From a virus (lineage: Duplodnaviria > Caudoviricetes), in IMG/VR virus record IMGVR_UViG_3300020034_000017, positions 1 through 57,341 of that record: a stretch of DNA of 57,341 nucleotides, one strand, 5' to 3'. This document shows positions 27,270 to 37,443 of this stretch, one piece after another; position 1 is the first letter of the stretch; every line of letters starts with the position of its first letter. Position numbers and translations under genes: made by a program. The notes below the pieces were generated by a model. It was not told the DNA's origin. It made no database searches and saw only the letters and a program-made list of their open reading frames with translations.

Positions 27270-28016
27270 TTGACAACACCAGCTATTTTTGACAGAACAA
27301 TCAAAACGCTCAAATCGCATTCACCTGAAATCCTGACCGCCTTCGGGATCACAGGTGTTGCTACAACCGCATATTTGACTGGAAAGGCAACCGTCACTGC
27401 CACGAGACTTGTGGATGAGAGTGAGAGCCGAGGCGGCATCTCTAATGTTCGCAAGCAACGAATCAAGGAGCGTGTACAACTTGTCTGGAAGCTCTACATC
27501 CCAGCAGCCTCTTCGGGTGCCATCACGATTGCTTGCATTTTTGGTGCTCAAAGGGTTAATACTCGTCGGACTACGGCTGCTGTCACGGCGTATACGGTCG
27601 CTGAACGAGCTTTCTCAGAATACCGAGAAAAGGTCGTAGAGCAGATCGGAAAGGGGCCAGAACAGAAAGTTCGTGACAAGATTGCTCAAGATAGGGTAGA
27701 CAAATTTCCGCCTTCTGGGCTAGTTGTCATGGGCACGGGTCATGTTCTGTGCTGTGAGCTGTACACCGGGCGATATTTCCAGAGCGAGATGGAAACGCTC
27801 AAGCAAGCCAGGAACGACATCAATGCAAGAGTCAATCAAGAACGTTGGGTAACGCTGAGTGAGTTCTATGACATCATCGGTCTAGATCACACGTCAGTAT
27901 CTTCCAGCCTTGGGTGGGATGCAGACAAGCTGATGGATATTCAGTTCACGTCTGTTCTTGCTGAGGGTAAGGACCCATGCCTAGCGTTCGACTACAACTA
28001 CGTGAAGCCACTCTAG
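27270..28016 (+). CDS. DUF6353-like membrane-associated protein, paralog 1
   Basis: HSPEILT..G..G...T N-terminus, KLYIPA, C-terminal VTLSEFYDIIGL..LGW. Confidence 0.7.
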   Translation: MTTPAIFDRTIKTLKSHSPEILTAFGITGVATTAYLTGKATVTATRLVDESESRGGISNVRKQRIKERVQLVWKLYIPAASSGAITIACIFGAQRVNTRRTTAAVTAYTVAERAFSEYREKVVEQIGKGPEQKVRDKIAQDRVDKFPPSGLVVMGTGHVLCCELYTGRYFQSEMETLKQARNDINARVNQERWVTLSEFYDIIGLDHTSVSSSLGWDADKLMDIQFTSVLAEGKDPCLAFDYNYVKPL

Positions 28017-28029
28017 AGGAGATATTTGA

Positions 28030-28170
28030 ATGGATGAAACCACAATCGCTGCCATCGAGCTTCCGCCCATGCAGAAGCTGGGTGTGCTCGTGTTGGGCAC
28101 AATCGCAGGATTCGCTGCCGACCATTTCACCAGAAAGGGTGTCACGAAGTTCCTTCTGAACCGACAGTAA
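28030..28170 (+). CDS. Small single-TM protein (46 aa)
   Basis: RBS GAGGAG; KLGVLVLGTIAGFAA. Confidence 0.65.
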   Translation: MDETTIAAIELPPMQKLGVLVLGTIAGFAADHFTRKGVTKFLLNRQ

Positions 28171-28176
28171 ACCATT

Positions 28177-28211
28177 ACCAGAGTGTGTGCTTTGGCATGC
28201 ACTCTGGTTTT
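28177..28211 (+). terminator. Intrinsic terminator
   Basis: ACCAGAGTGTGTGC-TTTG-GCATGCACTCTGGT-TTT. Confidence 0.7.
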
Positions 28212-28233
28212 GCCAGATGAAAGGACGGCATAT

Positions 28234-28488
28234 TTGACTTGGTTCGTATTAGCTGCAGCCGTTCCAGACGGCACACAGATCTTGGCAGTAGATGCTCCAG
28301 TTCGTCGGGACGCCATGATATTTGCTGAGAAGCAGATTCGTGAGGTGTACAAACTTCCGACCAGCTACGAGATCATGGGACAAGTTCTCGAAGAGTGCAC
28401 CACAGAAGAGGAAGCCCGATCGTTTATGGAACGTCTTCGTGACGTCATGGAGAAAGCAAAGGAAAAAGATGCTCAAGCGACCGATTAA
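28234..28488 (+). CDS. Hypothetical protein
   Basis: RBS GAAAGGA before TTG. Confidence 0.6.
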   Translation: MTWFVLAAAVPDGTQILAVDAPVRRDAMIFAEKQIREVYKLPTSYEIMGQVLEECTTEEEARSFMERLRDVMEKAKEKDAQATD

Positions 28489-28945
28489 GTACAAGGATTT
28501 TGATGACCAGGATGTTGAAGAGGAGTTCTACTTCAACATCTCAGAAGCAGAGATCATTGAGCTAGAGCACGAGCACAAGGGCGGAATGTCCGGGTGGTTG
28601 GAAGAGCTTGTCAAAATTGAAGACAACAAAAGACTGTTTGCGGAGTTGAAGAACATTGTCTTGCTTTCGTATGGCGAGAAGTCTCCTGACGGAAAGCAGT
28701 TTGTCAAGAGTCCTGAGATTCGCGCTGGTTTCGAATCCCATGCTGCATACAATGCGCTAATGTACGAGATCTTCTCGGATGAAGGCAATGCGGCCGCTTT
28801 CTTGACTGGCGTCTTCCCAGAGCGAGTTCGCAAAGAAATCGCAGAGAATGCCGCTAAGAGAGCAGCGAAGGATGCCGGTGCTGATTCCCCAGCAGAACCG
28901 AAGCCTCCGCTTCCTCCTACTCCCCCGACTCCACCTACGACTTAA
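28469..28945 (+). CDS. Conserved hypothetical phage protein
   Basis: MLKRPIKYKDFD..EEFYFN..SYGEKSPDGKQFVKS; Pro-rich tail. Confidence 0.7.
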   Translation: MLKRPIKYKDFDDQDVEEEFYFNISEAEIIELEHEHKGGMSGWLEELVKIEDNKRLFAELKNIVLLSYGEKSPDGKQFVKSPEIRAGFESHAAYNALMYEIFSDEGNAAAFLTGVFPERVRKEIAENAAKRAAKDAGADSPAEPKPPLPPTPPTPPTT

Positions 28946-28954
28946 GGAGCCTTT

Positions 28955-29668
28955 ATGGCAGACGAAGAAGAACCGAAGGAAGATGAGCCAAAAGGGAAGG
29001 CCGTCGATCCAAGAGAACCTAAGCCGACTAAGGGCACGGATTACTCCAACGCTCAAAAGAAAGGCGGACGGCAGAAGGTAGAGAAGGCTGAGAAGAACAT
29101 CAAGAAGGTCGTCTCTGGCGAAGTCAAAGTCGAGAAGCGAGGCATCGGTAAGAAGATCAAAGATCTCTTCGTCGCGGCTGATATCAGATCTGTCTGGTCA
29201 TACGTGGCCTTTGATATTCTGATTCCAGCAGCAAAGGGAATGATCGTGGACGGTGTTGCTCGTGGTGCTGATCGATTTGTCTACGGAGATAGCCGTGCAG
29301 CACGACGAAGTGGTGGTCTCGGTGAGCGTTCACGTATCACGTACGGCGGAATCGTCGATCGTGGTCGCGACGAGCGCAGAGATTCTCGTACACGTCCACC
29401 GAGCAACATCGATCGCACTCGACATCCTCGCTCGAACCGAAACGACTATATCTTCACCAGACGAGAAGATGCTGTCGATGTTCTAGACGAGATGTATCGT
29501 GTTCTCGAGGTCTGCGACGTTGTTTCTGTCGGAGACTTCAACGACATGGTTGGACTTCCTTCTCCTCACACAGATCAGAAGTGGGGTTGGGAGGAACTCC
29601 GAGGTGTTGATATTCGTGATGTACGTAGCGGATGGGTGATTGATCTTCCAGACCCCGAGCCAATCTAA
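28955..29668 (+). CDS. Hypothetical protein with DUF6353-like C-terminal motif
   Basis: VVSVGDFNDMVGL..KWGW resembles the C-termini of the neighbouring paralogs. Confidence 0.7.
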   Translation: MADEEEPKEDEPKGKAVDPREPKPTKGTDYSNAQKKGGRQKVEKAEKNIKKVVSGEVKVEKRGIGKKIKDLFVAADIRSVWSYVAFDILIPAAKGMIVDGVARGADRFVYGDSRAARRSGGLGERSRITYGGIVDRGRDERRDSRTRPPSNIDRTRHPRSNRNDYIFTRREDAVDVLDEMYRVLEVCDVVSVGDFNDMVGLPSPHTDQKWGWEELRGVDIRDVRSGWVIDLPDPEPI

Positions 29669-29685
29669 CGCAAAGGAGGTTGGGT

Positions 29686-29820
29686 GTGGATACGAATCAG
29701 CAAAGGGAAGCATTACTAAAGGTGTACCCGCACTGGACCGACAAGGTGAAGAAGATGTCTGAGGCTCAGGTCACAGCCATTTTCCTACGGCTTCAATCTC
29801 AAGGAAAGTTGGGTAAATGA
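29686..29820 (+). CDS. Small hypothetical protein (44 aa)
   Basis: RBS AAAGGAGG; ..VYPHWTDKVKKMSEAQVTAIFLRL. Confidence 0.65.
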   Translation: MDTNQQREALLKVYPHWTDKVKKMSEAQVTAIFLRLQSQGKLGK

Positions 29821-30698
29821 TGAAATTCGTACCTACAGGTGTGACACGGCTAGTTGGTAAAACCATGTTGCAGACGAAGAAGAACTCGCCGCATATTTTC
29901 TTCGCTGCTGGAGTAACCGGAGTGTGTGTCAGTACGTTTCTCGCTTGTCGAGCAACTCTGAAGCTGGAGCCAGTTCTAGATCAGATGAAGGACAATCTTG
30001 ACAGAGCGAAGCGAAAGCCTGACGTTGCTGAAAGAAACGGAATCGGATATTCTGATTCTGAACATCGACGAGAGATGGCTCATGTGTACTTCCAGGGAGG
30101 CAAAGAACTAGGTAAGCTTTATGGTCCCGCTTTCGTTGTGGGAGCGGCATCCATTACTGCACTCACAGGTTCACATGTTCAGCTTTCTCGTCGCAATGCT
30201 GCTCTCACGGCTGCATACGCTGGTATCGCTCAGGCACTCGAAGAGTACCGAGGGCGTGTCAGGGCGGAGGTCGGCGATGAGAAGGAGAGTGATATTTGGC
30301 TCGGAGTCGAAGAGCAGACTATCACAGATGAAGATGGCAAGAAGCAAAAGATCAAGGTTGCAGCAAATCCGGAGCGTCATTCTCGATTCTTCGATCAGAA
30401 ATGCGGTAACTGGAAGCCAGATCCAGATTACAACCGTTTCTTCTTGCAATCTCAGCAGAACTTCTGGAATCAGCGACTCCATGCCTTCGGGTATGTCTTC
30501 CTGAACGACGTTTACGAGTCACTCGGCTATGAGCGAACCAGCGATGGTCAGCTTCTTGGTTGGACTGTGGACTCAGGGGAAGGCTATATTTCGTTCGGGC
30601 TTGAGGATCATCTGAACGTCAAGAATCGAGATGTTCTGGGATGGAGTCAGCTTCTCACGTTCAACATCGACACAACCGTAATGTACCACAAGATCTAG
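29817..30698 (+). CDS. DUF6353-like protein, paralog 2
   Basis: KNSPHIFFAAG, KLYGPA, QQNFWNQRL..GYVFLNDVYESLG..LGW. Confidence 0.7.
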   Translation: MMKFVPTGVTRLVGKTMLQTKKNSPHIFFAAGVTGVCVSTFLACRATLKLEPVLDQMKDNLDRAKRKPDVAERNGIGYSDSEHRREMAHVYFQGGKELGKLYGPAFVVGAASITALTGSHVQLSRRNAALTAAYAGIAQALEEYRGRVRAEVGDEKESDIWLGVEEQTITDEDGKKQKIKVAANPERHSRFFDQKCGNWKPDPDYNRFFLQSQQNFWNQRLHAFGYVFLNDVYESLGYERTSDGQLLGWTVDSGEGYISFGLEDHLNVKNRDVLGWSQLLTFNIDTTVMYHKI

Positions 30699-30710
30699 GA
30701 GGGATCCGTT

Positions 30711-31574
30711 ATGAACGAGCGCATTGCTCATATTTTCAAGAGCCCCTGGACGATTCCATCGGCTGTTGGCGTTGTTGCGTTCGGAGGAGGTGTTGGTCTA
30801 GGTTATATTCTCGGTAAGCGAAAGGCTGAGAAGGATCTGGACGCGCAGTTTACCAACGTCTCTTACGATGAGGTCAAGGATTACTTGGCAGGTGACGGAG
30901 ACGATGAAGTCCATGAGTTCTTCGACACAGAAGGAATGGCTAGGCAACGAGTGATCATCGACGAAGAGGCATACCATTCTCCAGCGGTTATTCCGGAGAC
31001 GGATGCTGAGATTGGACCAAATGGCGATACCGTCATCGTGCGACCTCAAGACTTCGGCGAGGAGCATCTGGAGGACGATATTTCCGAGAAGTCGTTCGAG
31101 GAAGAGTTGCGAGAAGGCACTCCTCACGAAGACACCGAGGAACCGGATTTCGAGCCTGTTCATGTTAACGTTTTCGATGATGGCAACTGGGATTGGGAGA
31201 TCGAAGTTGCTGCTCGAGAAGCTCTCAACCCCGGCACGCCGTATATCCTGCATCGAGACGAGTTCTACAGAAACGAGTTCGACTACACCCAGACCACACT
31301 CGCATATTACGAAGGTGATGAAACCGTGGTCGTCGAAGGAGAGCAGGAGCCTCTCTTTGATTTCCAAAGGTTGACGGGTGAGCTGAACTTTGGTCACGGA
31401 TCAGGGGATCCAAACGTCGTTCTCATTCGCAACGACGAACGACGAGCCGAGTACGAGATTTGTCGTAACGAAGGACATTTCGCAAAGGAAGTTCTCGGGT
31501 ACGAGGCTGAGCAACGAGCAGAAGCCAAAGACCTGAAGCACTCCCGAGTCGGAAGGTTCCGGGACGAGGACTAA
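30711..31574 (+). CDS. Membrane-anchored acidic protein
   Basis: N-terminal TM (AVGVVAFGGGVGLGYILG); acidic body. Confidence 0.7.
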   Translation: MNERIAHIFKSPWTIPSAVGVVAFGGGVGLGYILGKRKAEKDLDAQFTNVSYDEVKDYLAGDGDDEVHEFFDTEGMARQRVIIDEEAYHSPAVIPETDAEIGPNGDTVIVRPQDFGEEHLEDDISEKSFEEELREGTPHEDTEEPDFEPVHVNVFDDGNWDWEIEVAAREALNPGTPYILHRDEFYRNEFDYTQTTLAYYEGDETVVVEGEQEPLFDFQRLTGELNFGHGSGDPNVVLIRNDERRAEYEICRNEGHFAKEVLGYEAEQRAEAKDLKHSRVGRFRDED

Positions 31575-31576
31575 CC

Positions 31577-32095
31577 ATGGCTGAGCCTCTTGAAGAGACA
31601 TATTTCAAGTGGCTTTGCGCAAAAGTACGCAAAAACTCAGGCTCACACCACTACAACCTGTTTAGAATCCTTCACAACACCGAGTTCACTTGGGTTGTGA
31701 GTATGGACAGGAACAGAGCAGCGGATGGGCGGGAACTCCGAGAGTATTACTGCACTGCAGCATATGTTCGAAAAGATCGGATCTGGTTCGGAGAACCATG
31801 TTCGGTACTCGAGATGCTAATTGCATTTGCTGATCGGGCTTCATATCAGACAGACATGCCGCTGAGAGACTGGTTTTGGCAGTTCATGATCAATCTCAAG
31901 CTTGACGGATACAGCGGAGTAAGTAGGTCTGATGAACCGTACATCGAGGAGATTCTCTATATCTTCTTGGCTAGACAGTACGACGAGTGTGGCGACGGAG
32001 GTTTGTTTCCGTTGCGCAAGCCATGTAAACGCGATCAAAGAAGGAGGGAACTCTGGTATCAGCTGTTTGACTACTTGGACGACCAGGGCATCTGA
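31577..32095 (+). CDS. Conserved hypothetical protein upstream of the replicase
   Basis: YFKWLC..DRNRAADG..CSVLEMLI..GGLFP..ELWYQ. Confidence 0.7.
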   Translation: MAEPLEETYFKWLCAKVRKNSGSHHYNLFRILHNTEFTWVVSMDRNRAADGRELREYYCTAAYVRKDRIWFGEPCSVLEMLIAFADRASYQTDMPLRDWFWQFMINLKLDGYSGVSRSDEPYIEEILYIFLARQYDECGDGGLFPLRKPCKRDQRRRELWYQLFDYLDDQGI

Positions 32096-32106
32096 AAGGA
32101 GGGGTA

Positions 32107-35100
32107 TTGGATTTCTATAACATCGTAATTCGAGAGAATGAGAAGAAAGGTACCCTTCAGATTCGTCCTGATTGGCGAGTAGGTCCATCAAATGATCTAA
32201 TGACTAGGTCTGGTTCGTTCTATGCTGTTTGGGACGAACAGAGAGGACTTTGGTCACAGAACATCTACGATGTGGCACGTCTGGTCGACGCAGATCTCAT
32301 GCGATATTCCAGAGAACAGCAGAAGAAGACTGGGCTACCGTACGACGTAGCTAGGTTGGAGATCAACAGCACAAAGCTGTGGGATGAGTTCCAGAGGTTC
32401 ATCCGTAACAGTGGTAGTAACAGCGTCAATCTGGATGAGCGTCTCGTATTTGCCAACACCGAGGTCAAGAAGACGGATTACGCCTCCAAGCGTCTTTCAT
32501 ATTCTCTCGCTGCTGGTCCATACGATGCATGGGACACCATTGTTGGGACTCTTTTCAATGAAGAGGAACGAGCCAAGATCGAGTGGGCCATAGGAGCAGT
32601 TGTTTCTGGTGATAGCAGGTTCATCCAGAAGTTCCTCGTTTTCTATGGTCCACCGGCCAGCGGCAAGTCCACCATTCTCAACATCATCCACAAGATGTTC
32701 AATGGCTACACAGCAGTGTTCGACGCTCGAGAACTGGCAGCTAGCGGCAACTCGTTTGCTGCATCTGCTTTCAAATCGAATCCTCTTGTAGCCATTCAAC
32801 ATGATGGTGATCTGTCCCGGATATACGACAATACAAAGCTGAACTCAATTGTTGCTCATGAGATCATCCCGATCAACGAGAAGTACAAAGCCGTGGTCGA
32901 ATCTCGATCAAATGCGTTTCTGTTTATGGGAACCAACCTACCGGTCAAGATTTCGGACGCCAAATCAGGCATCATCCGACGTCTGATCGACGTTATTCCC
33001 ACACAGCAGATGATCGAGAACAGTCACTATCATCGTTTGATGGAGCAAGTCAACGGCGAACTTGGGGCAATTGCTCAGCATTGTCTGGACGTATATTCGA
33101 CGATGGGTAGGAACTACTACAGTGGTTACCGCCCAACTGAGATGATGCTCCAGACAGACGTGTTCTACAACTTCGTCGAGGCACACTTTGATATCTTCAA
33201 GGAGCAAGACGGCGTTACCTTGAAGCAAGCTTGGGAGCTCTACAAGACATACTGCCAGGAGACAGGCATCGAGAAGATGCTTCCTCAGTACAAGATTCGG
33301 GAAGAGTTGAAAAACTACTTCTACGTGTTCGAAGAGCGAGCACGCATTGACGGGCACAATGTCCGTTCATATTACCAGGGGTTCAAGAACCTCACTTCCA
33401 CTCCAACCGCCGAGATCCCGATCAAACCAGAAGGCGTCTACGAGATCGTCTTGCAAGAACAACCATCGGTCTTCGACGTACAATATCCTGGGCTGTTGGC
33501 ACAGTACAAGCACGAAGAAGAGGATCGACCTGAGCACAAGTGGATCAATGTCACGACAACGTTGTCGGATATTGACACGTCGAAGTTGCACTATGTCAAG
33601 GTTCCTGAGCAGCATATTGTCATCGATCTTGATCTGACTGACGAAGATGGCAACAAGAGCCTTGAGGCTAATCTGAAGAAGGCAGCAGAGTTCCCACCGA
33701 CTTATGCAGAGGTAAGCAAGAGCGGACAAGGCTTGCACCTCCACTATATCTACACGGGTGACGTTCGAGAACTGGCTTCTGTGTACAACGTTGGAATCGA
33801 GGTCAAGACACTTCTTGGGGACAGTTCCCTGCGGAGAAAATTGACTCTTTGCAACAACATGAACATCACTCCTCTTGACGGAGGTTTGCCTAAGAAGGAG
33901 AAGCCCGTGATCTCGGATAAGAGCATCAAGACCGAAAGGGGGCTTCGTGAACTCATCATCAGGAATCTGCGCAAGGAGATCAATGCGGGCACCAAGCCTT
34001 CTGTCGATTTCATCCATCACATCCTCGAAGAAGCTTACAATTCGGGTATGTCTTACGACGTAAGAGACATGCGAAGTGATATTCTCACGTTCGCTGCCAG
34101 GAGTTCTAACCAAGCTGCAGCGTGTATCAAGCTGGTACAGCAAATGCAGTTTGTTGGGCAGAACTCCATGGAAGAAGTTGAACCGGGGGATGGCCCCATT
34201 GTCTTCTTTGATGTTGAGGTATACCCGAACCTGTTCGTCGTATGTTGGAAAGCTGAAGACTCGGATACGGTCGTACGAATGATCAACCCGGCTCCGAAGG
34301 AGATGGAAGGTCTGTTCGCCATGAAGCTGGTTGGCTTCAACTGCCGGCGATACGACAACCACATCATCTACGCTCGGTATCTCGGATATTCGTTGGAGCA
34401 GCTCTTCGAACTTAGCCAGAAGATCATCGCTGGCGGGAACGACAAAACGATGCTCTTTGGGGAAGCATACAACCTCTCGTATGCGGATATCTACGACTAC
34501 AGTGCCAAGAAGCAAGGGCTCAAGAAGTTCATGATCGAGTACGACGTTCCTCACATGGAACTTGATATTCCGTGGGATGAGCCTGTTCCGGAAGGAATGT
34601 GGGACAAGATTGTAGACTACTGTGTAAACGACGTTCTCGGCACAGAGACTACACACAAAGAACGTAAGCAAGACTTCGTCGCTCGGCAAATCCTTGCCGA
34701 AATTTCAGGGTTGTCTGTCAATCACACGACGCAAGCACACACTGCCAAGATCATTTTCGGTGAGGACAGGAACCCGCAGCGAGCGTTTGTTTACACGGAT
34801 CTGAGTGAAATGTTCCCAGGCTACAAGTTCGATGGAAAGGAGAGTACCTACCGTGGGGAAGTCACTGGTGAGGGTGGTTACGTCTACGCAGAACCCGGCG
34901 TGTATGAAAACGTCGCCCTTCTGGACGTTGCGTCCATGCATCCGACGAGTATCGAGCGTCTCAACCTATTCGGTCCATACACCGAGCGTTTTGCCGATCT
35001 CAAAACAGCGAGAATGGCAATTAAGCGTAAGGATGACGAGGCAGCCGCTAGGCTATTGGGAGGTAAACTCGAGAAGTTTGTGGGCGGCAGCGATGCAGAT

Positions 35101-35859
35101 CGTGAAGCTCTATCGTACGCCCTCAAAATCGTAATCAATACTGTTTACGGTTTGACGAGTGCACGATTTGAGAATGCTTTCCGAGACAATCGCAACAAGG
35201 ACAACATCGTAGCCAAGCGTGGCGCTTTGTTCATGGTCGATCTGAAGGTTGCTGTTCAAGAGAAGGGATTCCAGGTTGCGCACATCAAGACTGACTCCAT
35301 TAAGATCCCGAATGCCAACCAAGACATCATCGATTTCGTTGTCGAATTTGGTAGGCAATACGGTTACGATTTCGAGCACGAAGGAACATATGACAAATTC
35401 ATTCTCGTCAATGATGCGGTCTATATTGCTCGAACCGGAGACAAGTGGACTGCAGTGGGTGCACAGTTCCAACACCCCTACGTCTTCAAGAAGCTCTTCA
35501 CACACGAACCAGTAGTCTTCAATGATTTCTGTGAGACAAAGAACGTCATTCAGGGAGCAATGTACATGGACTTCGTTGGATCCGAGGATCTGAAGGACAT
35601 GGTTCATGTTGGGCGCACTGGTAGCTTCGTGCCAGTCACTGAAGGGGGCGGAACTCTCTGGCGTGTCAAAGACGACAAGAAGTACGCCGTCACTGGCACC
35701 AAGGGATATTCTTGGGTTGTCCGAGACGTTGCTCGAAGCATGAACGATGCTGACATGCTAAACATCGATTCTTCATATTTCGAGGATCTGAAGGCAAAAG
35801 CTATTGAAGCGATCATGCAGTTCGACACACTAGGTGACTTCGAGCAAATCATTTCCTAA
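32107..35859 (+). CDS. Fused SF3 helicase / AEP primase / 3'-5' exonuclease / DNA polymerase
   Basis: Walker A GPPASGKST and MGTN (SF3); IDLD..SKSGQGLHLHY (AEP); FDVEV, GFN..YD, YCVNDV (exonuclease); DVASMHP, KIVINTVYG, KTDS (B-family-like polymerase motifs). Confidence 0.88.
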   Translation: MDFYNIVIRENEKKGTLQIRPDWRVGPSNDLMTRSGSFYAVWDEQRGLWSQNIYDVARLVDADLMRYSREQQKKTGLPYDVARLEINSTKLWDEFQRFIRNSGSNSVNLDERLVFANTEVKKTDYASKRLSYSLAAGPYDAWDTIVGTLFNEEERAKIEWAIGAVVSGDSRFIQKFLVFYGPPASGKSTILNIIHKMFNGYTAVFDARELAASGNSFAASAFKSNPLVAIQHDGDLSRIYDNTKLNSIVAHEIIPINEKYKAVVESRSNAFLFMGTNLPVKISDAKSGIIRRLIDVIPTQQMIENSHYHRLMEQVNGELGAIAQHCLDVYSTMGRNYYSGYRPTEMMLQTDVFYNFVEAHFDIFKEQDGVTLKQAWELYKTYCQETGIEKMLPQYKIREELKNYFYVFEERARIDGHNVRSYYQGFKNLTSTPTAEIPIKPEGVYEIVLQEQPSVFDVQYPGLLAQYKHEEEDRPEHKWINVTTTLSDIDTSKLHYVKVPEQHIVIDLDLTDEDGNKSLEANLKKAAEFPPTYAEVSKSGQGLHLHYIYTGDVRELASVYNVGIEVKTLLGDSSLRRKLTLCNNMNITPLDGGLPKKEKPVISDKSIKTERGLRELIIRNLRKEINAGTKPSVDFIHHILEEAYNSGMSYDVRDMRSDILTFAARSSNQAAACIKLVQQMQFVGQNSMEEVEPGDGPIVFFDVEVYPNLFVVCWKAEDSDTVVRMINPAPKEMEGLFAMKLVGFNCRRYDNHIIYARYLGYSLEQLFELSQKIIAGGNDKTMLFGEAYNLSYADIYDYSAKKQGLKKFMIEYDVPHMELDIPWDEPVPEGMWDKIVDYCVNDVLGTETTHKERKQDFVARQILAEISGLSVNHTTQAHTAKIIFGEDRNPQRAFVYTDLSEMFPGYKFDGKESTYRGEVTGEGGYVYAEPGVYENVALLDVASMHPTSIERLNLFGPYTERFADLKTARMAIKRKDDEAAARLLGGKLEKFVGGSDADREALSYALKIVINTVYGLTSARFENAFRDNRNKDNIVAKRGALFMVDLKVAVQEKGFQVAHIKTDSIKIPNANQDIIDFVVEFGRQYGYDFEHEGTYDKFILVNDAVYIARTGDKWTAVGAQFQHPYVFKKLFTHEPVVFNDFCETKNVIQGAMYMDFVGSEDLKDMVHVGRTGSFVPVTEGGGTLWRVKDDKKYAVTGTKGYSWVVRDVARSMNDADMLNIDSSYFEDLKAKAIEAIMQFDTLGDFEQIIS

Positions 35860-35868
35860 AGGAGGATA

Positions 35869-36051
35869 ATGGATTCTGAAGCGTTGATTCCACCAGAGGA
35901 CTGGGTTACTCATCCAAACCCTGGGTATGATGAGTCCTGTCCTACTTGTTCGTCTCTAGTAGAAAACCGTGCTATTCATAGAGAATGGCATATTGCGATA
36001 GTTGAACGAGCAGATCGTCATGTTCCAGCTCCTAGATACGGAGGAGGATGA
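35869..36051 (+). CDS. Small Cys/His (Zn-finger-like) protein
   Basis: CPTC..H..WH; RBS AAGGAGG. Confidence 0.6.
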   Translation: MDSEALIPPEDWVTHPNPGYDESCPTCSSLVENRAIHREWHIAIVERADRHVPAPRYGGG

Positions 36052-36333
36052 ATGGACGAAATTCAAGAGAAGGAGTATGCCGAAGGACTGAAACCGACGA
36101 AGTATATTCTCGGGGACAAGACGACCGACGGTCATACCCATGTCTTCTATCTGAGGACCGAGCTTCCCATTGCTACAACGACAGATGACTGGGAAGCAAC
36201 TTATCCTCATGCTCATTCTATAGAGGAAGGACCCGATTTCACAGTAATCTGCGTTGAAGAAGCTGGTCACACGCACACCAAACTCGTAATCGAAGAAGCA
36301 GGGGACTACCTTCCTCGGACGCTTCATATCTGA
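36052..36333 (+). CDS. His-rich hypothetical protein
   Basis: GHTH, PHAH, GHTH repeats; RBS GGAGGAGG. Confidence 0.6.
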   Translation: MDEIQEKEYAEGLKPTKYILGDKTTDGHTHVFYLRTELPIATTTDDWEATYPHAHSIEEGPDFTVICVEEAGHTHTKLVIEEAGDYLPRTLHI

Positions 36334-36344
36334 AAGGAACACCA

Positions 36345-36839
36345 ATGCCGCAGCAAGACAACACCATCACAATTGAAAACGCCGAGCTTGTTTGGCCTAA
36401 CTTCAAAGGGAAAGAAGGTCGATTCAATCGAGAAGGTCAGAAGACCTTCTGCATTTTTCTGCCGGAGTCAGAGATTGATGGGCTCAAGGCAGATCGCTGG
36501 AATGTCAAATACACGAAGGAACGAGAAGACGACGAAGATCGCCTGGTTCGTGCATATCTTCCGGTAGAGGCTCGGTTCGATCCGAAGCCGCCGAAGATCG
36601 TCATGATCACCAACGAAGGGAAGACTCGTACACACCTGGATGAAGACACGGTTGAGGTCTTGGACTACGCCGATATCAAGACGGTAGATCTTATCCTGAA
36701 TCCATACGACTGGACCATGCCGAACGGAGACACTGGGCGAAAGGCTTACCTCAAGACGATGTTTGTCACGGTCAACGAGGATGTTCTGGAGCGCAAGTAC
36801 GCCAAGTTGATGGATGAGAAGGGAGCAGTTGATGATTGA
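36345..36839 (+). CDS. Putative single-stranded DNA-binding protein
   Basis: NFKGKEGRFNREG..F..LNPYDW..KAYLKTMFV pattern; replication context. Confidence 0.65.
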   Translation: MPQQDNTITIENAELVWPNFKGKEGRFNREGQKTFCIFLPESEIDGLKADRWNVKYTKEREDDEDRLVRAYLPVEARFDPKPPKIVMITNEGKTRTHLDEDTVEVLDYADIKTVDLILNPYDWTMPNGDTGRKAYLKTMFVTVNEDVLERKYAKLMDEKGAVDD

Positions 36840-36999
36840 GGACAAACTTGATACGGATCAACGCATTCGACTTGAGTCTTTGAACCAAGCGAATCAATCT
36901 CTTGTTGGAAGTGGCGCTGGTGAATCTTTCATCCTGATGAGAGCAGAGAAGTTTGAGAAGTATATTCGAGAAGGGATTGATCCAGATGTCGCTAGTTGA
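36832..36999 (+). CDS. Hypothetical protein
   Basis: Coupled small ORF. Confidence 0.5.
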   Translation: MIEDKLDTDQRIRLESLNQANQSLVGSGAGESFILMRAEKFEKYIREGIDPDVAS

Positions 37000-37351
37000 G
37001 CATGCAAAGAGGGAGCTTGCTCTCCTGGACAACGATGAGCCGTTCAACGATTGCATCATCAAGGCAGTTGAGGCATTCGCTGCCTATGGTCACTCTGGCG
37101 GTTCTGCTTCGGTGGGGATTTATATTCTCAACGATCTGCTTCAGTTCAAGGAGCTTTCTCCGTTGACGAATGACCCAGAGCATTGGGTTCATCACACCGA
37201 AGAAGTATGGGGAGAACCAGGAGGCATCTGGCAAAGTTCTCGATGTGCAGAAGCGTTCTCGAACGATGGTGGTAAGACATACTACCTCATTTCTGAGAAT
37301 GATGATCCACAACATCCGACAGTTATTCATACAGCGAAAGAGGCTGCATAA
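36986..37351 (+). CDS. Conserved hypothetical phage protein
   Basis: HAKRELAL..FAAYGHSGGSA..LSPLT pattern. Confidence 0.65.
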   Translation: MSLVEHAKRELALLDNDEPFNDCIIKAVEAFAAYGHSGGSASVGIYILNDLLQFKELSPLTNDPEHWVHHTEEVWGEPGGIWQSSRCAEAFSNDGGKTYYLISENDDPQHPTVIHTAKEAA

Positions 37352-37443
37352 TGGAGTTCATCATCGGAGGGGTTTACACCCTTTTCGTCCTTGTCATTGG
37401 TGTCGCGATTGGCCAGATGAAGAACCAGAAAGGTGGTGAGTAA
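37351..37443 (+). CDS. Tiny TM peptide (30 aa)
   Basis: TAATG coupling at both ends; hydrophobic. Confidence 0.5.
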   Translation: MEFIIGGVYTLFVLVIGVAIGQMKNQKGGE

